A stretch of 64,000 nt of DNA from Felis catus (GCF_018350175.1 NC_058368.1:118422001-118486000), one strand, 5' to 3'; numbered from the stretch's first letter, positions 24,183-36,615 are shown. Program-made: numbers and translations. The notes: a model not told the origin generated them from the sequence alone.

Positions 24183-25626
24183 GAGAAGCTCAGTTGGCAG
24201 CACTAACTGAAGGAATAAGCAAGTGGTAATTAGAAGCCAATATTCTGAAAAGGTCTTTCTGTCCAGAGATTCCGGATCAGAGAGGAGGAAACTTTGCTTG
24301 GGCTAGAAAGTATCATTTATAGGTGTCCTTGTTGGAATGACTGCTCAGAACACAGTTTTAAAATCTGCCTGTGACAGTTTTGCTGTTGGGTCTGTGGTCT
24401 GCCGGCCGGCCTGGGATTTGTGGAGTTCTATGCAGGATGCTTGTGGGTATTTAGTTTGTAGTGCTGTTCAGGGGTGAGGAGGAGGAGGAAGCAGAGTCTG
24501 AAGACCTAGTTTTTGTGGTTGATTTGCTAGTTAACCGAGGGAAACGTAGTGCCGTGCTCCCTGTCTTCATTTGTAAATTTTAGAATATCTTTCTAGGTTA
24601 GTAGGGTATTAATGACCAATGAGACTGTGTTGAATTTAGGGATTAGTTTTAGAGGAAGGGGGTAGAGATTCCCTCAAATTGCAGTTCCTATATTTGACCA
24701 GGGCTGAGGAACTTGTGCTTTCTCTCTCCATGGTCCTACGGACATGAGTGTGGCTGCTTCCTAGGTTCTATTCCCAGACTACTTAAAGGTTCACTGTCCA
24801 GTTGTCACAGCACAGAGAGTCTTGTATCCAAGCCCTGGAGGAGGTGCTTTACATAATTAACCCATTTAATTCTTATCCGAATTCCATACCACGGAGGTTG
24901 TCAAACCCACGTGGCAGCGTAGGAAGTTGAAGTTCAAAGACAGTAACCAAAGTTGTATGGTTTTGTTCATTCACTGACTCATCATTTATTGAATTTGCTC
25001 TGTGTGCCAGGTACCAGGATGATGATCATTGTGGGCAAACCAGACACGGGTTATCGGTGGAGTGGTTACGATGCACCCCAGGATTGTCTGGCTCCAAGGC
25101 ACATCGTGTTCTTGCTCGCAGAATTCTGGTGGTGCAAGGGATGAGAAGCCCTGCCCCCTCACCGAGGCCCCTTTGGTACAGTCATTTCCCTGGGTCCCTG
25201 GCCACATAGCTGAGTGTCATACAGCTCTCAGCTCTGAAGCCAGGGGCACTTCACTGTCCTCTATTCCTCTTTCCTCCAAGCCCTTCTGCCTCTTACTATT
25301 TCATATGCCAAGACTTGAAAAATTATAAACGTTCAGTGAAAACCCAGCTTAAATGTTAGGCATTTTGCTGCTTTTCAAAACAGAAGATGCTTAAGCAGAA
25401 ACCAATTTTTTCTTGATGACTCAGGCCTCTCATTATGTGCTTCATTGATGTACCATATAATTTTATGTCTGCATTTCCAGGTTTTCATTTTCTTCCCTTC
25501 TGTGTCAGTTGTCACCTTACCTGCAGGCCCTGAGATTGTCACTAACTGCCTGTCACTCCTTTTGGGTTGTTTGTTTCTAACCCGCTGTGAATGAGGAAGC
25601 TGAGCTTCTGCGTTTTTTATTCTGTG

Positions 25627-25666
25627 TATCTATGTATCTATCTATCTATCTATCCATCCATCCATC
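25627..25666. repeat. (TCTA)n(TCCA)n tetranucleotide microsatellite
   Basis: Read directly. Confidence 0.85.
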
Positions 25667-25819
25667 CTCTAAAAAGCAGGAAGTTGCTGGGTGAGACCTA
25701 AAGAATATGAGTCAGTGACTTTGTGACAGCCACCTCTGGAATTGGCCTCTGTGGTTGGTTGCTGTATGGTCCTGTGTCCTGTGGTCATAATCTTGCTACA
25801 GCCCTGGCCTCTGCTGGAG

Positions 25820-26375
25820 GAATTGAGAGCTCAATTCTGGAGTCCAACGGACGTGGTTTAAATCCTGGGTCTACCACATACTAGCTGGGGATCTGAGTCC
25901 TATTAACATTTCTGAGCCAAAGTTTTCTTATCCTGGCTCAGCAAGCCCTCCATAAATAATGCCCTTTATTATTAATGGTGATAGCAGGCTGTGGTGTTGG
26001 TGGAGAGAGGGGACAGACAGCATGGCCTGTGGTCATTGTTCAGGTAACTGTGGAGAGCATGGGTTAAGGGCCAGGAATACCCAGGGTTCAGTCCTGACCT
26101 CTCCATTCACCAGCTGGGTGGCCAGTGATGGGAGGATATGTATATAATGTAGAGGTCAGTGGTGTGGGCTCTTGAGTTAATGTGAGGGTCCATTTCTGGC
26201 TCTGCTACTTACTTTTTGGGTGACTCAAGTGTGGAAGCTGCTTCAGGTTTCTCATTTCTAAAATGAAGATGGTAATAGGACCTACGTCTCAGGATTGTTG
26301 GGGGGACTAGCTTAATGCCTGTATACAGTGCGTCAAATAGTGCCAGGTTCGTGGAAGTGTTTGATAAATGTCCGC
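25820..26375 (+). mobile_element. Cluster of MIR remnants
   Basis: CTGGAGTCCAA..GGTTTAAATCCTGG..CTAGCTG; GGCTCTGCTACTTACT..TTTCTCATTTCTAAAATGAAGAT. Confidence 0.6.
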
Positions 26376-26960
26376 TCTAACGGAAGTGTTGATGCTCCTG
26401 TTATTCCCTACTGGTTGTGGTTCGTGCCCTCTTTCGCAGCACCAGAATTAATTTCAAGATCATTCTTCTTGGTCTTTGTTCCCTTTGTTTTTCTCCATCT
26501 ACCAAGGATTGAAGATGGTTTGTTCTGGGAACAGTTACCCTTTTCTGGGGGAATAGATGTCTTGCTTTGTGACGATCCTTTGTGAGCAGGAATTGTCGCT
26601 GTATTGGGGCCTTGGCCTGGAACTTGCTGGGAGACTCTGGCAGGTTGTACGAAATGCCAGAGATATTCAGGAGACGAGTATCTGTTAAAAATGGAAAGTG
26701 GTGTCCTCTTTGGCATTTCCTCCCTTTCTTACGGAGAAAATTGTGTGCACTTTAGTGGAAGGATTATTCCCGTACTCTGTACTTTTATACTTTTAGCCAC
26801 TTAAATTTTTTTTTGTCACAGACTTTTTTTGGGCTTATAACATATGTGCTATAAAGAGACTCATTATGAATTAAGATTAGGTTACTCTTTTTTGTTAAGC
26901 CTACCACATAGATGGTAAACCAAGGACCTTCCTCATCAATTCTAAAATGGTTGGGCGGGG

Positions 26961-27190
26961 GGGGCACCTGGGTGGCTTAGTTGGTTAAGCCTCTGACTCG
27001 ATTGTGGCTCAGGTCATGATATCATGGGCTCAGGTCATGATATCATGGTCTTGGGATCAAGCTCCGTGTTGGGCTCTGTGTTGGACATGGAACCTGCTTA
27101 AGATTCTCTCTCTCCCTTTCTCTCTGTCTCTCCCCTGCTCATGCTTGTGTGCTCTCTCTTTCTCTCTCTCAAAAAAGTTTTAAAAAATTT
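26961..27190 (+). mobile_element. Older Can-SINE with internal 21-bp tandem duplication
   Basis: GGGGCACCTGGGTGGCTTAGTTGGTTAAGC head; GGCTCAGGTCATGATATCATG twice. Confidence 0.93.
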
Positions 27191-28366
27191 GAAATAGTTG
27201 AGAAAATGAAAATAAAAAGGAAAAGCATTGGGAAGAAAATTAACAAATACGTTACTCTTTTTCCCCAAGGCTTGCTTTGCCATGAGTTTACTTTGTTTTT
27301 CCTGATAATTACTTGTAACTAAAAAATACTGTATCTTTGGGTTAATTTAAAAAGAAAGGTTTTGCCCTCATGTGCAGGGGACTCTGGATTGATCCTTGCT
27401 GTGAGACCAGGGTTGGTCAAATTTCACAACCTGTGTGAGGGATTGTCTCTGTATTTCTGAGGGTTGGCAAAACCTCCAGCACTCTCAGGGAGACCTTCCA
27501 TGTGGCTCTTCTGTGGAGTTGCCCAAATCTGGGCTTTGCCTCCCCTACTAATACTTGAACTGGTGTGCTAGGTGATTGTGACAGATAGCAGGTGCCTCCC
27601 ATTCCTGCACCAGCCTGACCCTTGTTCTCAGCTCAAACCAGCTAGTATAACTGCATTTCTGCTTTACTTATCTAAGTGCTTCTGTGCTAATGACCCTGAC
27701 TATTGGTATTTTTGGAAGTCGGCCACTGTGTTCAAGAAAAAGGCACAGTTTGATACATAAGTTAGTAAGTGCTGGTTAGGCTTGTGTTTTTGTTGAGTCA
27801 GGGAAAGGATGGTCATGATAAGGAGGGGGAGGAGGCTTTGAGGTTACTATAACCTTTCTGCCCTTTTGATTTCCTTGGTTGAAACTTCTAAGAAGGGAGA
27901 GAGAAGGCTGTATGCCATCTTACTCTCTGCACAGGGTCCGACCAGGATGGATCTTTTGTCCTGGGGTCATATCTGCTGTCTCAGCATGATTATTAATAAC
28001 TCCCCTTTTCGCAATACTGCCCCAGTTTGGTTATGGTCCCCCCATGTTTGGATCACATCAAGTTTCTTTGAAACCCTTGTCAGTAGGAATGAACATCAGC
28101 TTTCAGTGGTGTTTTCTCCCCCCACTAGATCATAACATTGAGGTTGCCACCTCCTTCATCTGAAATGAACAAGAAAGAAGAGTTCTGTAGAAGGTTGTTA
28201 CAAGTTCCACCCTTTATTAATTAAAAAAAAAAAAACAAACCCACAGATCTGCAAAGCAGAGGGTACTTTAGTTCCCCATTGTGGGAGAGAGTGAAATGCA
28301 ATGTGATGTGATTATTTATCGCTATCTTTGGCTACTTGCCACGCTTACTTAAAAAAAGTAAGACTT

Positions 28367-28569
28367 GGGGTGCCTGGATGGCTCAGTTAGTTAAGTGTCT
28401 GACTCTTGGTTTTGGCTCAGGCCATGATCTCACGGTTTATGGGTTCTAGCCCTGTGTCGGGCTCTGTGCTGATAGCACGGAGCCTGCTTGGGATTCCCTA
28501 TTTCCTCTTTCTCTGTCCTTCCCCTGCTTGTACTTTCTTTCTTCCTCTCAAAATAAATAAATAAATACT

Positions 28570-28590
<21 letters not shown>
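28367..28590 (+). mobile_element. Can-SINE, older subfamily, long A tail
   Basis: TSD AAAAAAAGTAAGACTT (28351-28366) versus AAAAAAAGTAAAACTT (28591-28606). Confidence 0.95.
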
Positions 28591-28602
<12 letters not shown>

Positions 28603-28615
28603 ACTTGCTGGCTAT

Positions 28616-28846
28616 GGGGCGCCTGGGTGGCGCAGTCGGTTAAGCATCCGACTTCAGCTCAGGTCACGATCTCGCGGTCCGTGAGTTTGAGTCCCGCGTC
28701 AGGCTCTGGGCTGATGGCTCGGAGCCTGGAGCCTGTTTCCGATTCTGTGTCTCCCTCTCTCTGCCCCTACCCCGTTCATGCTCTGTCTCTCTCTGTCCCA
28801 AAAATAAATAAAAACGTTAAAAAAAAAAAAATTAAAAAAAAAAAAC
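28616..28846 (+). mobile_element. Young felid SINE (SINEC_Fc-like)
   Basis: GTGGCGCAGTCGG, CACGATCTCGCGGTCCGTG, CTGGGCTGATGGCTCGG diagnostics; TSD AACTTGCTGGCTA (28602-28614, 28847-28859). Confidence 0.97.
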
Positions 28847-30299
28847 AACTTGCTGGCTAATTGGTTAAAATCAGACATGATAAAAAGGAAGAGTATGAAA
28901 CCTTAAGGAAATGATCAACTTTCCCAGTGTTACCAGCCAAGTAGGTAATGGTGAAGCCACAGTGGATGCCCAGGTGTGCCTGGCTTTCTCCACCGGCCCT
29001 TGCTGTCTGGCATATTGGCCTAGCATTTTCAACTCCAGGCTCTGTTATGGTTTTATTCCCATCATGCACAGGATGAAACTGATTCAGAGCTGCTTTTGCA
29101 CAGGAAGTGGCATAGGCAACATTCACGCTCAGGGCTTTATACCACTGCCACCTTAGAGAGGGTTAAATGATGGACATTTATGGCCTAATGAGAATAGTAG
29201 GTTGGGGCAGTTGGTTGGTATTAGGATGTGCTGGGCCAGGGTGGCCTTTTTAAGCCTATCTATGTGAGTTAAGTCTTTTCCCTAGAATTCTGGTCAGGCC
29301 TCAGGATCAGAGCTTGTGGGATGTTATTCATGTTCAATAAATGTCAGACAGCATCCACAGATTTATGGATTGGTAAATGCAGAGAAGCTGCTATTATTAC
29401 GGTTCCTTCCAAGTCCTGAATAGTATTTTTTTTTTTTAACAGTTCTAATAAAACAGCTCATTACTATCAAGTATGGTTTAAATATCTGGCTAAGAGGGGT
29501 GAGGTGATATATGTATTTCTTAAATTAGGGCACTTGAGATCATCTGTGGTGAAGATGAAAGATGTTGTGGTAAAAATAAGTTGTGGTAGAGGGTGGGAAG
29601 GGGAAATGAAGGGTTTTCAAAATCCCCCATTTTCCCATTTGTGTTAAATCTGCCCAGGTTTGAGATGGTTTTTAAGAGTATATTCTAGCAATCATTCTTT
29701 TTTCGTAGTGGTGATGACCTAGGAGTCAAGACTTGATGTTTTTCGGTTAATTATCTGGTGAGGTCAGACTTTTTAATTAACAGAGTTGTGCAGGTGGATT
29801 AAAAGAAATCAGCCTTCAAAAAATGCTACTAATAGTACAAGTTTGTACTGTGGCCACCCGGGGTTAAATCCATTTGCCGTCAAAAACACTTTGACCATTG
29901 TGATGACTCACCCAGCTGGGCCACTCCACACTCCACCCCTTGTAGTTGTATCATTTTCCTTGATATCTGTTTCCACCTACACGCCTGCTCTCCAGATCTC
30001 CATAGCTACCTCAAAATATGTATGAGAGGTTTGTTTTTTCAGATAGGCAAATGTGGTCTTGTAGATATGCTCCTTTCTGTTTTTTTAAAACATTTTTACA
30101 CAAAATGCTCTGCATACAAATTACAATAGCAACAACTTGCAGGGGTGTTAGTGAGGAGTGAAGGTGATAATTCTGTATGTAATTCCTCGCGCGATGCCTC
30201 GCACATGCATAGGTGTGCAGCCTGTTGGTTTATCTCTTTCTTGTTTTTGGGGGCTCACTGCTCTGCTTTTCTCACCCAGTTGAAATAATTCACTCAAGG

Positions 30300-31030
30300 A
30301 CCCCATTGATCATCATGTCAGGACCAGTCCCAAATGCTTGGTCTCTGTGCATTTGATGTGTCTGTGCTCCTCTTGGTGCTGAACATTCCATCGTACCCGG
30401 AGTCGTTTCTGATGGATGGCCCTGCTTTACCTTCATTGTCTTCCTACCTCTCTGGCCTTTCTTTGTTTCTGTTCCTCTGTGATTTGGCCTCTTTCTTTAT
30501 TGTCTAAAGAAGATGGTCTTTGAACTTCTGTGCTCAGTTCACTTAAGTTGGCTTCGCTATCTTGTTTACTTCTGTGCATGATATTAAAGTATCCACCTCT
30601 GGCCTGACTTCTCTCTTGGGCTCTCATGTATCCATTTTCTTTTTCTTCTTTCTTTTTAATGTTTAATGTTTGTTTATTTTGAGGGAGAGAGAGAGAGAGA
30701 ACGAGAGAGAGAGAGCGCCCGTGCACATGAGCAGGGGAGGGACAGAGAGAGAGAGGGAGAGAGCATCCCACACAGGCTTCATGCTGTCATTGTAGAGTCT
30801 GATGGAGGGTTCAATCCCATGAAACATGAGATCAGGACCTGAGCCGGAATCCAGAGTTGGATGCTTAACCTACTGAGCCACCCAGATGCCCATCCATTTT
30901 CCAACTGTCTTCCTAGCATCTCTGCCAGGGTATATCGTGTAATTCAGATCAAACCTATCTCAAATGCAAGTCACTCTTCCCTTCCTTCTGCAAACATGTC
31001 TTCCTCTTCTACCCTCTCCAGGTCTTGGGA
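30300..31030 (+). mobile_element. Decayed L2 ORF2-region remnant interrupted by a SINE
   Basis: GCATTTGA..., CTTCCTACCTCTCTGGCC, CCTGACTTCTCTCTTGGGCTC..TCCAACTG resemble the L2 body. Confidence 0.5.
30640..30891 (-). mobile_element. Can-SINE
   Basis: Antisense body ending CCACCCAGATGCCC; TSD ATCCATTTTC (30630-30639, 30892-30901). Confidence 0.94.
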
Positions 31031-31056
31031 TGTGCAACTCTCCTCTCCCCACTTCT

Positions 31057-31153
31057 TTACCTTACCTTACCTTACCTTACCTTACCTTACCTTACCTTAC
31101 CTTACCGTACCGTACCGTACCGTACCGTACCGTACCGTACCGTACCTTACCTT
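31057..31153. repeat. Compound pentanucleotide (CTTAC)9(CGTAC)8(CTTAC)1
   Basis: Units counted directly over 31061-31150. Confidence 0.98.
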
Positions 31154-31638
31154 CGATGCTTTTTTTTTTCTGTGTCTCTGGTTATCTAGTTGATGGTTAC
31201 GGTTTCTTGTGGATCTGACCCTGGTGAAGCCCTTTGCACCTGCTTGTTCCCCTTTCCTCTTGCCACTAGCATGATAGTTCTTCCTACTACTAACCCCCAC
31301 AGAACTCACCTGACCCTTGGAATGGTTTCTAAAAGCAGTTACCACGTTTTGTGTTTGTGCCCTTGGAACCAGACTTGGGCTGCTCCCTGGCCAGTTTTCC
31401 CACAACACAGGTTTGGGTATATCCCATCCATGCCCAAATCCTTCGTTTTCTCCTTACGGTTCCTCACATTATGAAGACCTACCAAAAGCTTATACCTGTC
31501 CTTTGGTGCACCCCATCAGTTGACACAAGGGATGAAGTTATTAGGCTGTTATTCTCATAGTTAGGGTGATAGTCTATTCTTGGTACTCTCTCACTTCTCC
31601 CCTGGTGAGGTGAAATATTGTCAGCTTTCACTTAATAA

Positions 31639-32031
31639 TGATGTGGACTGAAATGTGTCTCCTCTCCACAAATTTACATGTTCAGTCCTTCATGCCCCGT
31701 GTGACTATATTTGATAGGGCCTATAAGGAGGTAATTCAGGTTAAATGAGACAGTAAGGGTGGAGTTCTATAGGATTAGTGTCCTTACCAGAGGAGACACC
31801 AGAGCTCTCTCCCCCTCCCCCTGTGCGCATGCACAAAGAAAAGGCCATGTGAACACACAACAAGAAGGCAGCTGCCTGAACAAGCCAGGAAGAAAGTTCC
31901 TCCCCAGAACCCTAGCATGCTGGCACCCTAATGTCAGACTTCGAGTCTCCATAACTGTGGGAAATAAATATCTGTTGTTGAAGTCACCCAGTCTATGGTA
32001 TTTTGTTAGGGCAGCCTGAGCTGACTACACA
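31639..32031 (+). mobile_element. MaLR solo LTR (MLT1A-like)
   Basis: TG..TGGACTGAA start, GGATTAGTGTCCTTA, AATAAAT.TCTGTTGTT.AAGTCACCCAGTCTATGGTATTTTGTTA, CA end; flanks AATAA/AGTAA. Confidence 0.92.
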
Positions 32032-32610
32032 AGTAACAAGTAGTTTTTTGTAGATCTTACATGTGCCAGGTATGGGACACGTTGGGAAACCCAGCCTTTC
32101 CTGCTGTGCAGGTTAGGTAAATTCTTTTGTCCTTACCCTGGCATTCTGCAGCTTTCAATCAAAATGTACTGAGCACTCATAAAGAGCAAGGCAATGTGTT
32201 GAATGTTGGGTTTACAAAGATAATGACATGCTCAGAGCCTAGAGGGAAAGAAAGATAAATAGATTGCTATGATTCAGTGGAAGTTGAGTCTTCATGTAAA
32301 ATGTTCAAGATATGTTTATAACTAAAGTGATGATTTTAGGAAAGTGATGTAAATAATGGATAAAGTCATAAATGGATCCTGAAAGAGAAATAGATTATAC
32401 TGTTAATCACCTTCAGTTAACACGTTTTCTTCAGGTTTTTACTTTGTTTTTTCCCTCTCTGATGATAAAAGTAAAAAATGAAAAACACCTGCTGCTTATG
32501 GAGAATCTGAGAATTACAGAAAATTGTAAATAAGTAGTAACTCTCATAGTTCGACCACAAGGACACAATGTCTTTTCTTTGATGTTTTCTGTCCTTATAA
32601 ATATCTGTGC

Positions 32611-32806
32611 TATTTTATTTTATTTCTTTGAGAGAGAGTGCGAGTGAGCATGCCCTGGGAAGAGCAGAGGGAGAAAAAGAATCCCAAGCAGGCTCCAGGC
32701 CCCAGCTTGGAGCCCATCGCAGGGTTCGATCCCACGACCTTGAGATCGTGACCTGAGCAGAAATCAAGAGTCAGAGTTTTCATCGACTAAAGCACCTAGG
32801 TGTCCC
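32611..32806 (-). mobile_element. Older Can-SINE
   Basis: GAATCCCAAGCAGGCTCC...GAGATCGTGACCTGAGCAGAAATCAAGAGTCAG. Confidence 0.9.
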
Positions 32807-33160
32807 AGGTTTTTGCTGTTTTAAAGAACTTCATTGACAACTTTATGTAGAAATCTTTGTCTCTGTTTAAAGTAATTTCTTTTGAATAGACTGCTTAATG
32901 GGGAATTACTTAGTCCAAGGACATAAACATTGTTGAGGGCTTTGGGGACATCCTACCAACCGCAAACATTTGTTGAGTCTCTTCTGTGTGAACAAGTGAC
33001 TCTGCTTGGCTTTGGTGCTTGGGCCAGGGACAGTGAGATGAGAATGAGATGTGGCTTTGGAGTTGGTGTGATTTACAAAGGGAGATACTTCTGTGAGCAC
33101 GGAAGCCTTGAGGACCATTTCCTTTTACGTGGCTTACACAGTCTTTCTGAAATGATACGA

Positions 33161-33376
33161 TTTTATAAAATGTTTATTTATTTTGAGAGAGAGAGCGCGC
33201 GCACGTGGGTGCAAGCAGGGGAGGAGCAGAGAGGAAGGGAAGGTGAGAATCCCAAGCAGGTTCCACATTGCCAGCACAGAGCCCGATGTGGGGCTCGAAC
33301 CCACAAACCATGAGATGGTGACCTAAGCTGAAACCGAGAGTTGGACACTTAACTGACCGAGGCACCCAGGTGAACC
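33161..33376 (-). mobile_element. Can-SINE
   Basis: Antisense body; TSD CTGAAATGATA (33147-33157, 33377-33387). Confidence 0.93.
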
Positions 33377-33674
33377 CTGAAATGATAAGAAGATTTTAAA
33401 CTAGCACTTGAAAATACCTTGGTATAGGCATTGCCAAGTTTGTTGGGATTCTGGGGCCAAGTTTAGACTGACTCATAAATGGGTCATATTTTTTGGCAAG
33501 GAAGAAACATGCTGATTTGTAACTAGTGATATTCAAATTTTAAAGCTGGACGTGTGTGTATTATATAGGCTTCTCTGAGGAGAATTTGATAAATGGATAA
33601 AAAATTGGGGCCATGATTTATTTCCTGAAGCCACATAACTCTTTTTTTTTTAAAGCCTTTTGCCAAGAGAGGCT

Positions 33675-33870
33675 TATTTTAAATTATCTAAAATATAAGT
33701 TTAGTATATATCCAGAAAAAATACATAGTTTAGAAGTGCACACTTGATAAATGATCACAAAATGAATGCATCCATGTAATCGCTACTCAGGCCAAGAAAT
33801 AAAAATTATCAGCATGCCATAAAGCTCCCTTCTTAAATCCACTCCTTCCCTCCTCTCCGAAGATAATTGT
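33675..33870 (-). mobile_element. Old L1 (L1ME-like) 3' end fragment
   Basis: TCACAAAATGAATGCATCCATGTAATCGCTACTCAGGCCAAGAAATA. Confidence 0.6.
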
Positions 33871-33896
33871 TTTAGATTGTTAGGAAATACGTTTTT

Positions 33897-34120
33897 TTAA
33901 AAAGTGTGTATTTTTGAGAACGAGAGAGAGAGAGAGAGAGAGCGAGCGAGCACGCACAGGGGAGGGGCAGAGAGAGAGAGGGAGACACAGAATCCAAAGC
34001 AGGCTCCAGGCTCTGAGCTGTCAGCACAGAGCCCAATGTGGGGCTTGAACTCATGAGCAGTGAGATCATGACCTTTGCTAAAGTCGGTTGCTCAACTGAC
34101 TGAGCCACCCAGGTGCGCCT
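33897..34120 (-). mobile_element. Can-SINE
   Basis: Antisense full-length body; TSD GGAAATACGTTTTT versus GGAAACATGTTTTT. Confidence 0.95.
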
Positions 34121-34164
34121 GGAAACATGTTTTTAAAATCAAGTAAACTCTAGCTAACATACTG

Positions 34165-34590
34165 GTATCCTTCATCCATTGCTGTATAACAAAGCACCAA
34201 AAACGTTTGAGAGTGAAGAGGACGGTTGTGTTTCTTGGGACTCAGTGGATTGACCAGGGACTTGTCTTGGCCTGACTTGGGCTCATTCATGCAGCTGGAT
34301 TCTGTCTGGAACCAAATTCTGTCTGGATTGAGGCCCTCTCCATTTGTCTTTGTTCCTGGACTTCTCTATGGTAAGGCTGTCATAGAAAAGTGTTCCAGAA
34401 GGGCAAAAGGGGAAGCTTCAGGTCCTCTGGAAGCCTGGGCTGTGGAATTGTTACAACATTCCACCACATTCTGCCAGTCCAGATACAAGGGCCTGGAGAA
34501 ATAGACTGTACCTGTGGAGGGGAAGAATAGCAATGACACATTGTAAAGGAGCTTTTGTTAAATAGATGTGGCCATTAAACAATGTGCCAT
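34165..34590 (-). mobile_element. Old MaLR LTR remnant (MLT1 family)
   Basis: ATTGCTGTATAACAAA..CCAAAA start; GAGAAATAGACT..ACCT..GGGAAGAATAGCAA. Confidence 0.5.
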
Positions 34591-35454
34591 ATCACTTGAA
34601 GAGTGCTCGTACTGTGTAGGCCAAGGTTATTGTTAATACAGAACTTCATTTACAGTGTTGAGGCTCTGTTCCACCTGGTTCACATGTGAACACTGTCACT
34701 TTCCAGAGCAAAGTAGCTTGGGGAAGTTAGGGGGTTCATTTGTATCTACATCTGATATAAGAGGATTAGAGCAGAAACGGAAGTGCTTTTAGGGCTTGAC
34801 CTTTTTTTTTTTTTGAACCATGTTTGATCGTTACTACATTTTTTTTTTTTTTTTTTTTTTTTTTTTGTATTTCCTTCATTGCTTGATGTGGCCTCAGCTT
34901 ATCTCATGAAATGGTATAAAGCTAATGGTTTACCTACCAACATGAAAACTATTCTGGCGTTTATATGGGTATTGTTAAAAGCACATTCTATCTTCAATTA
35001 TTGGAGACTCCATGTCTTTTCTTATGGCCATTGACTACCAGTGTGAGAGAGTATTGAGGAGGCCTTATCTGTTTTACTCCTGGGTCCTAGAATCTGTATT
35101 AAGATGAAATAATAAAGAGTATCAGCAACTCTTTTTGATACCAGGGTCTCTGACTCATCAAAAACACTTGATTTACATATTACCAAATAGATGCCAAATT
35201 AATGGTTTTCTTTGAATTGTTGTTTACCCAGGTGTCTTTTCAGAACTTGGTGGTGTTTTGGATTTGTAGTGGTAATGATAATAGTCCGAGATGAAAGTCT
35301 ATTTTATTGAGCACTTGATGGGGTTCAGGGAGGGCATAGGGCTTAGTGCTTTACACTCAGTGACTCATAGGGCTTTGGGCGACTAAATTAGGCAACTTAT
35401 GGTTGGCATAGGGTACATAAGAAATGCTCAACAATGGGTGGCCAACACTATAAG

Positions 35455-35680
35455 GTACTAATAGCTTTCATTTAATTGAGCCCTTGCTGTGATCAGGGTT
35501 CTTCAGTTGTACTAATGCATATAATTCTCATAAAACCCTATAAAATTGGTTGTTATTATACCCATTTTGCAGATCAGGAAATCCAGGCAGAGTGAGTTAA
35601 AGAATTAACAAAGCTAGTTAATGGCGGAGCCAGGATTTAAACCCATGGCATCTCAGTTTAGAGGCTCAGTACCTTTTCCT
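35455..35680 (-). mobile_element. MIR remnant
   Basis: TTATTATACCCATTTTGCAGATCAGGAAA..GCTAGTTAATGGCGGAGCCAGGATTTAAACCCA. Confidence 0.75.
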
Positions 35681-36403
35681 GCTTCTCTAAGGAATGGAGT
35701 CTTTGAGTACATTGACGTGATGTCTGGACTGTTAGAAGAGGCAGGATATCTGACCTGTTGCACAGACTCCGTATTCCCCTATTGTTTAATGCCAGAGCCA
35801 GGCACCCTGGGTGGCAGCGAAGTTATTCAGACTCTGTGCTGTTCCATGCTGTTGCCTCACTTGCTTAGTGATCTCTGTGAGGTTTTTGCCTCTCTCGGAA
35901 TCTGGGGTTCATTCTTCCCCTCTGAAGAGAGTGTGTGGCTTCCTTAAAGCCTGACAGCTTTTTTCCTGTGTGTTGAACCACTCCTATAAATCATTTACAA
36001 CTCTGAAGATGTTTTCCTTGCTCCTGATGTAGTAATTCCACGTAATCTACGAGGGAGGAGCTAAATGCTTTTACCTGTGTATGATTATTAGGCCACCTTT
36101 TCTCTTTTTTTAAGTCTCTTAGGTAGTAAGTCTGAAATAATTGATTGGTTTCCCTTGGCATCAGTGGCTGTTTTGACCCATTTTGAGGTTGTTTGTTTTC
36201 CAAGGAGAAGCAGTCCCTGGGTTACTCAGAGTGGGGACTGGAAGAGAACTTCATTCAGGGTGGCCCGGTCTTCTGTCTCTTCACCTGGTTCAGAGAGGTT
36301 TGAAACTGTACAGCTAGGAACACAACTTCTCAGCTCATTTGCCAACTCAGAAAACCTTTGGGTCAGATAGCATGTCAGGCTCTTACATACATTAGTTCAT
36401 CTA

Positions 36404-36615
36404 TTTTTTTTTTAAGTTTATTTATTTTCCGGGAGAGAGAAAGAGCATGTGAGCAGCAGAGTGGGGGTGGCAGAGGGAGAGCGTGAGAGAGAACCTTAAG
36501 CAGGTTCCACACCCAGTGCAGAGCCCAGGGCTGGGCTCTATCCCATGACCGTCAGATCATGACAAGCTGAAATCAAGAGTCAGACGCTCAGCTGACTGAG
36601 ACACCCAGGTGCCCC
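36404..36615 (-). mobile_element. Older Can-SINE
   Basis: T tail, GA-rich segment, AAATCAAGAGTCAGACGCTCA..CCCAGGTGCCCC. Confidence 0.93.

Noticed and set aside
23904..24210. Lys/Arg/Glu-rich and Phe/Ser/Leu-rich ORFs
   Set aside because: Translations of the (TTTTC)n microsatellite
30861..31408. ORFs with LTLPY and RTVPY repeats
   Set aside because: Translations of the CTTAC/CGTAC pentanucleotide array
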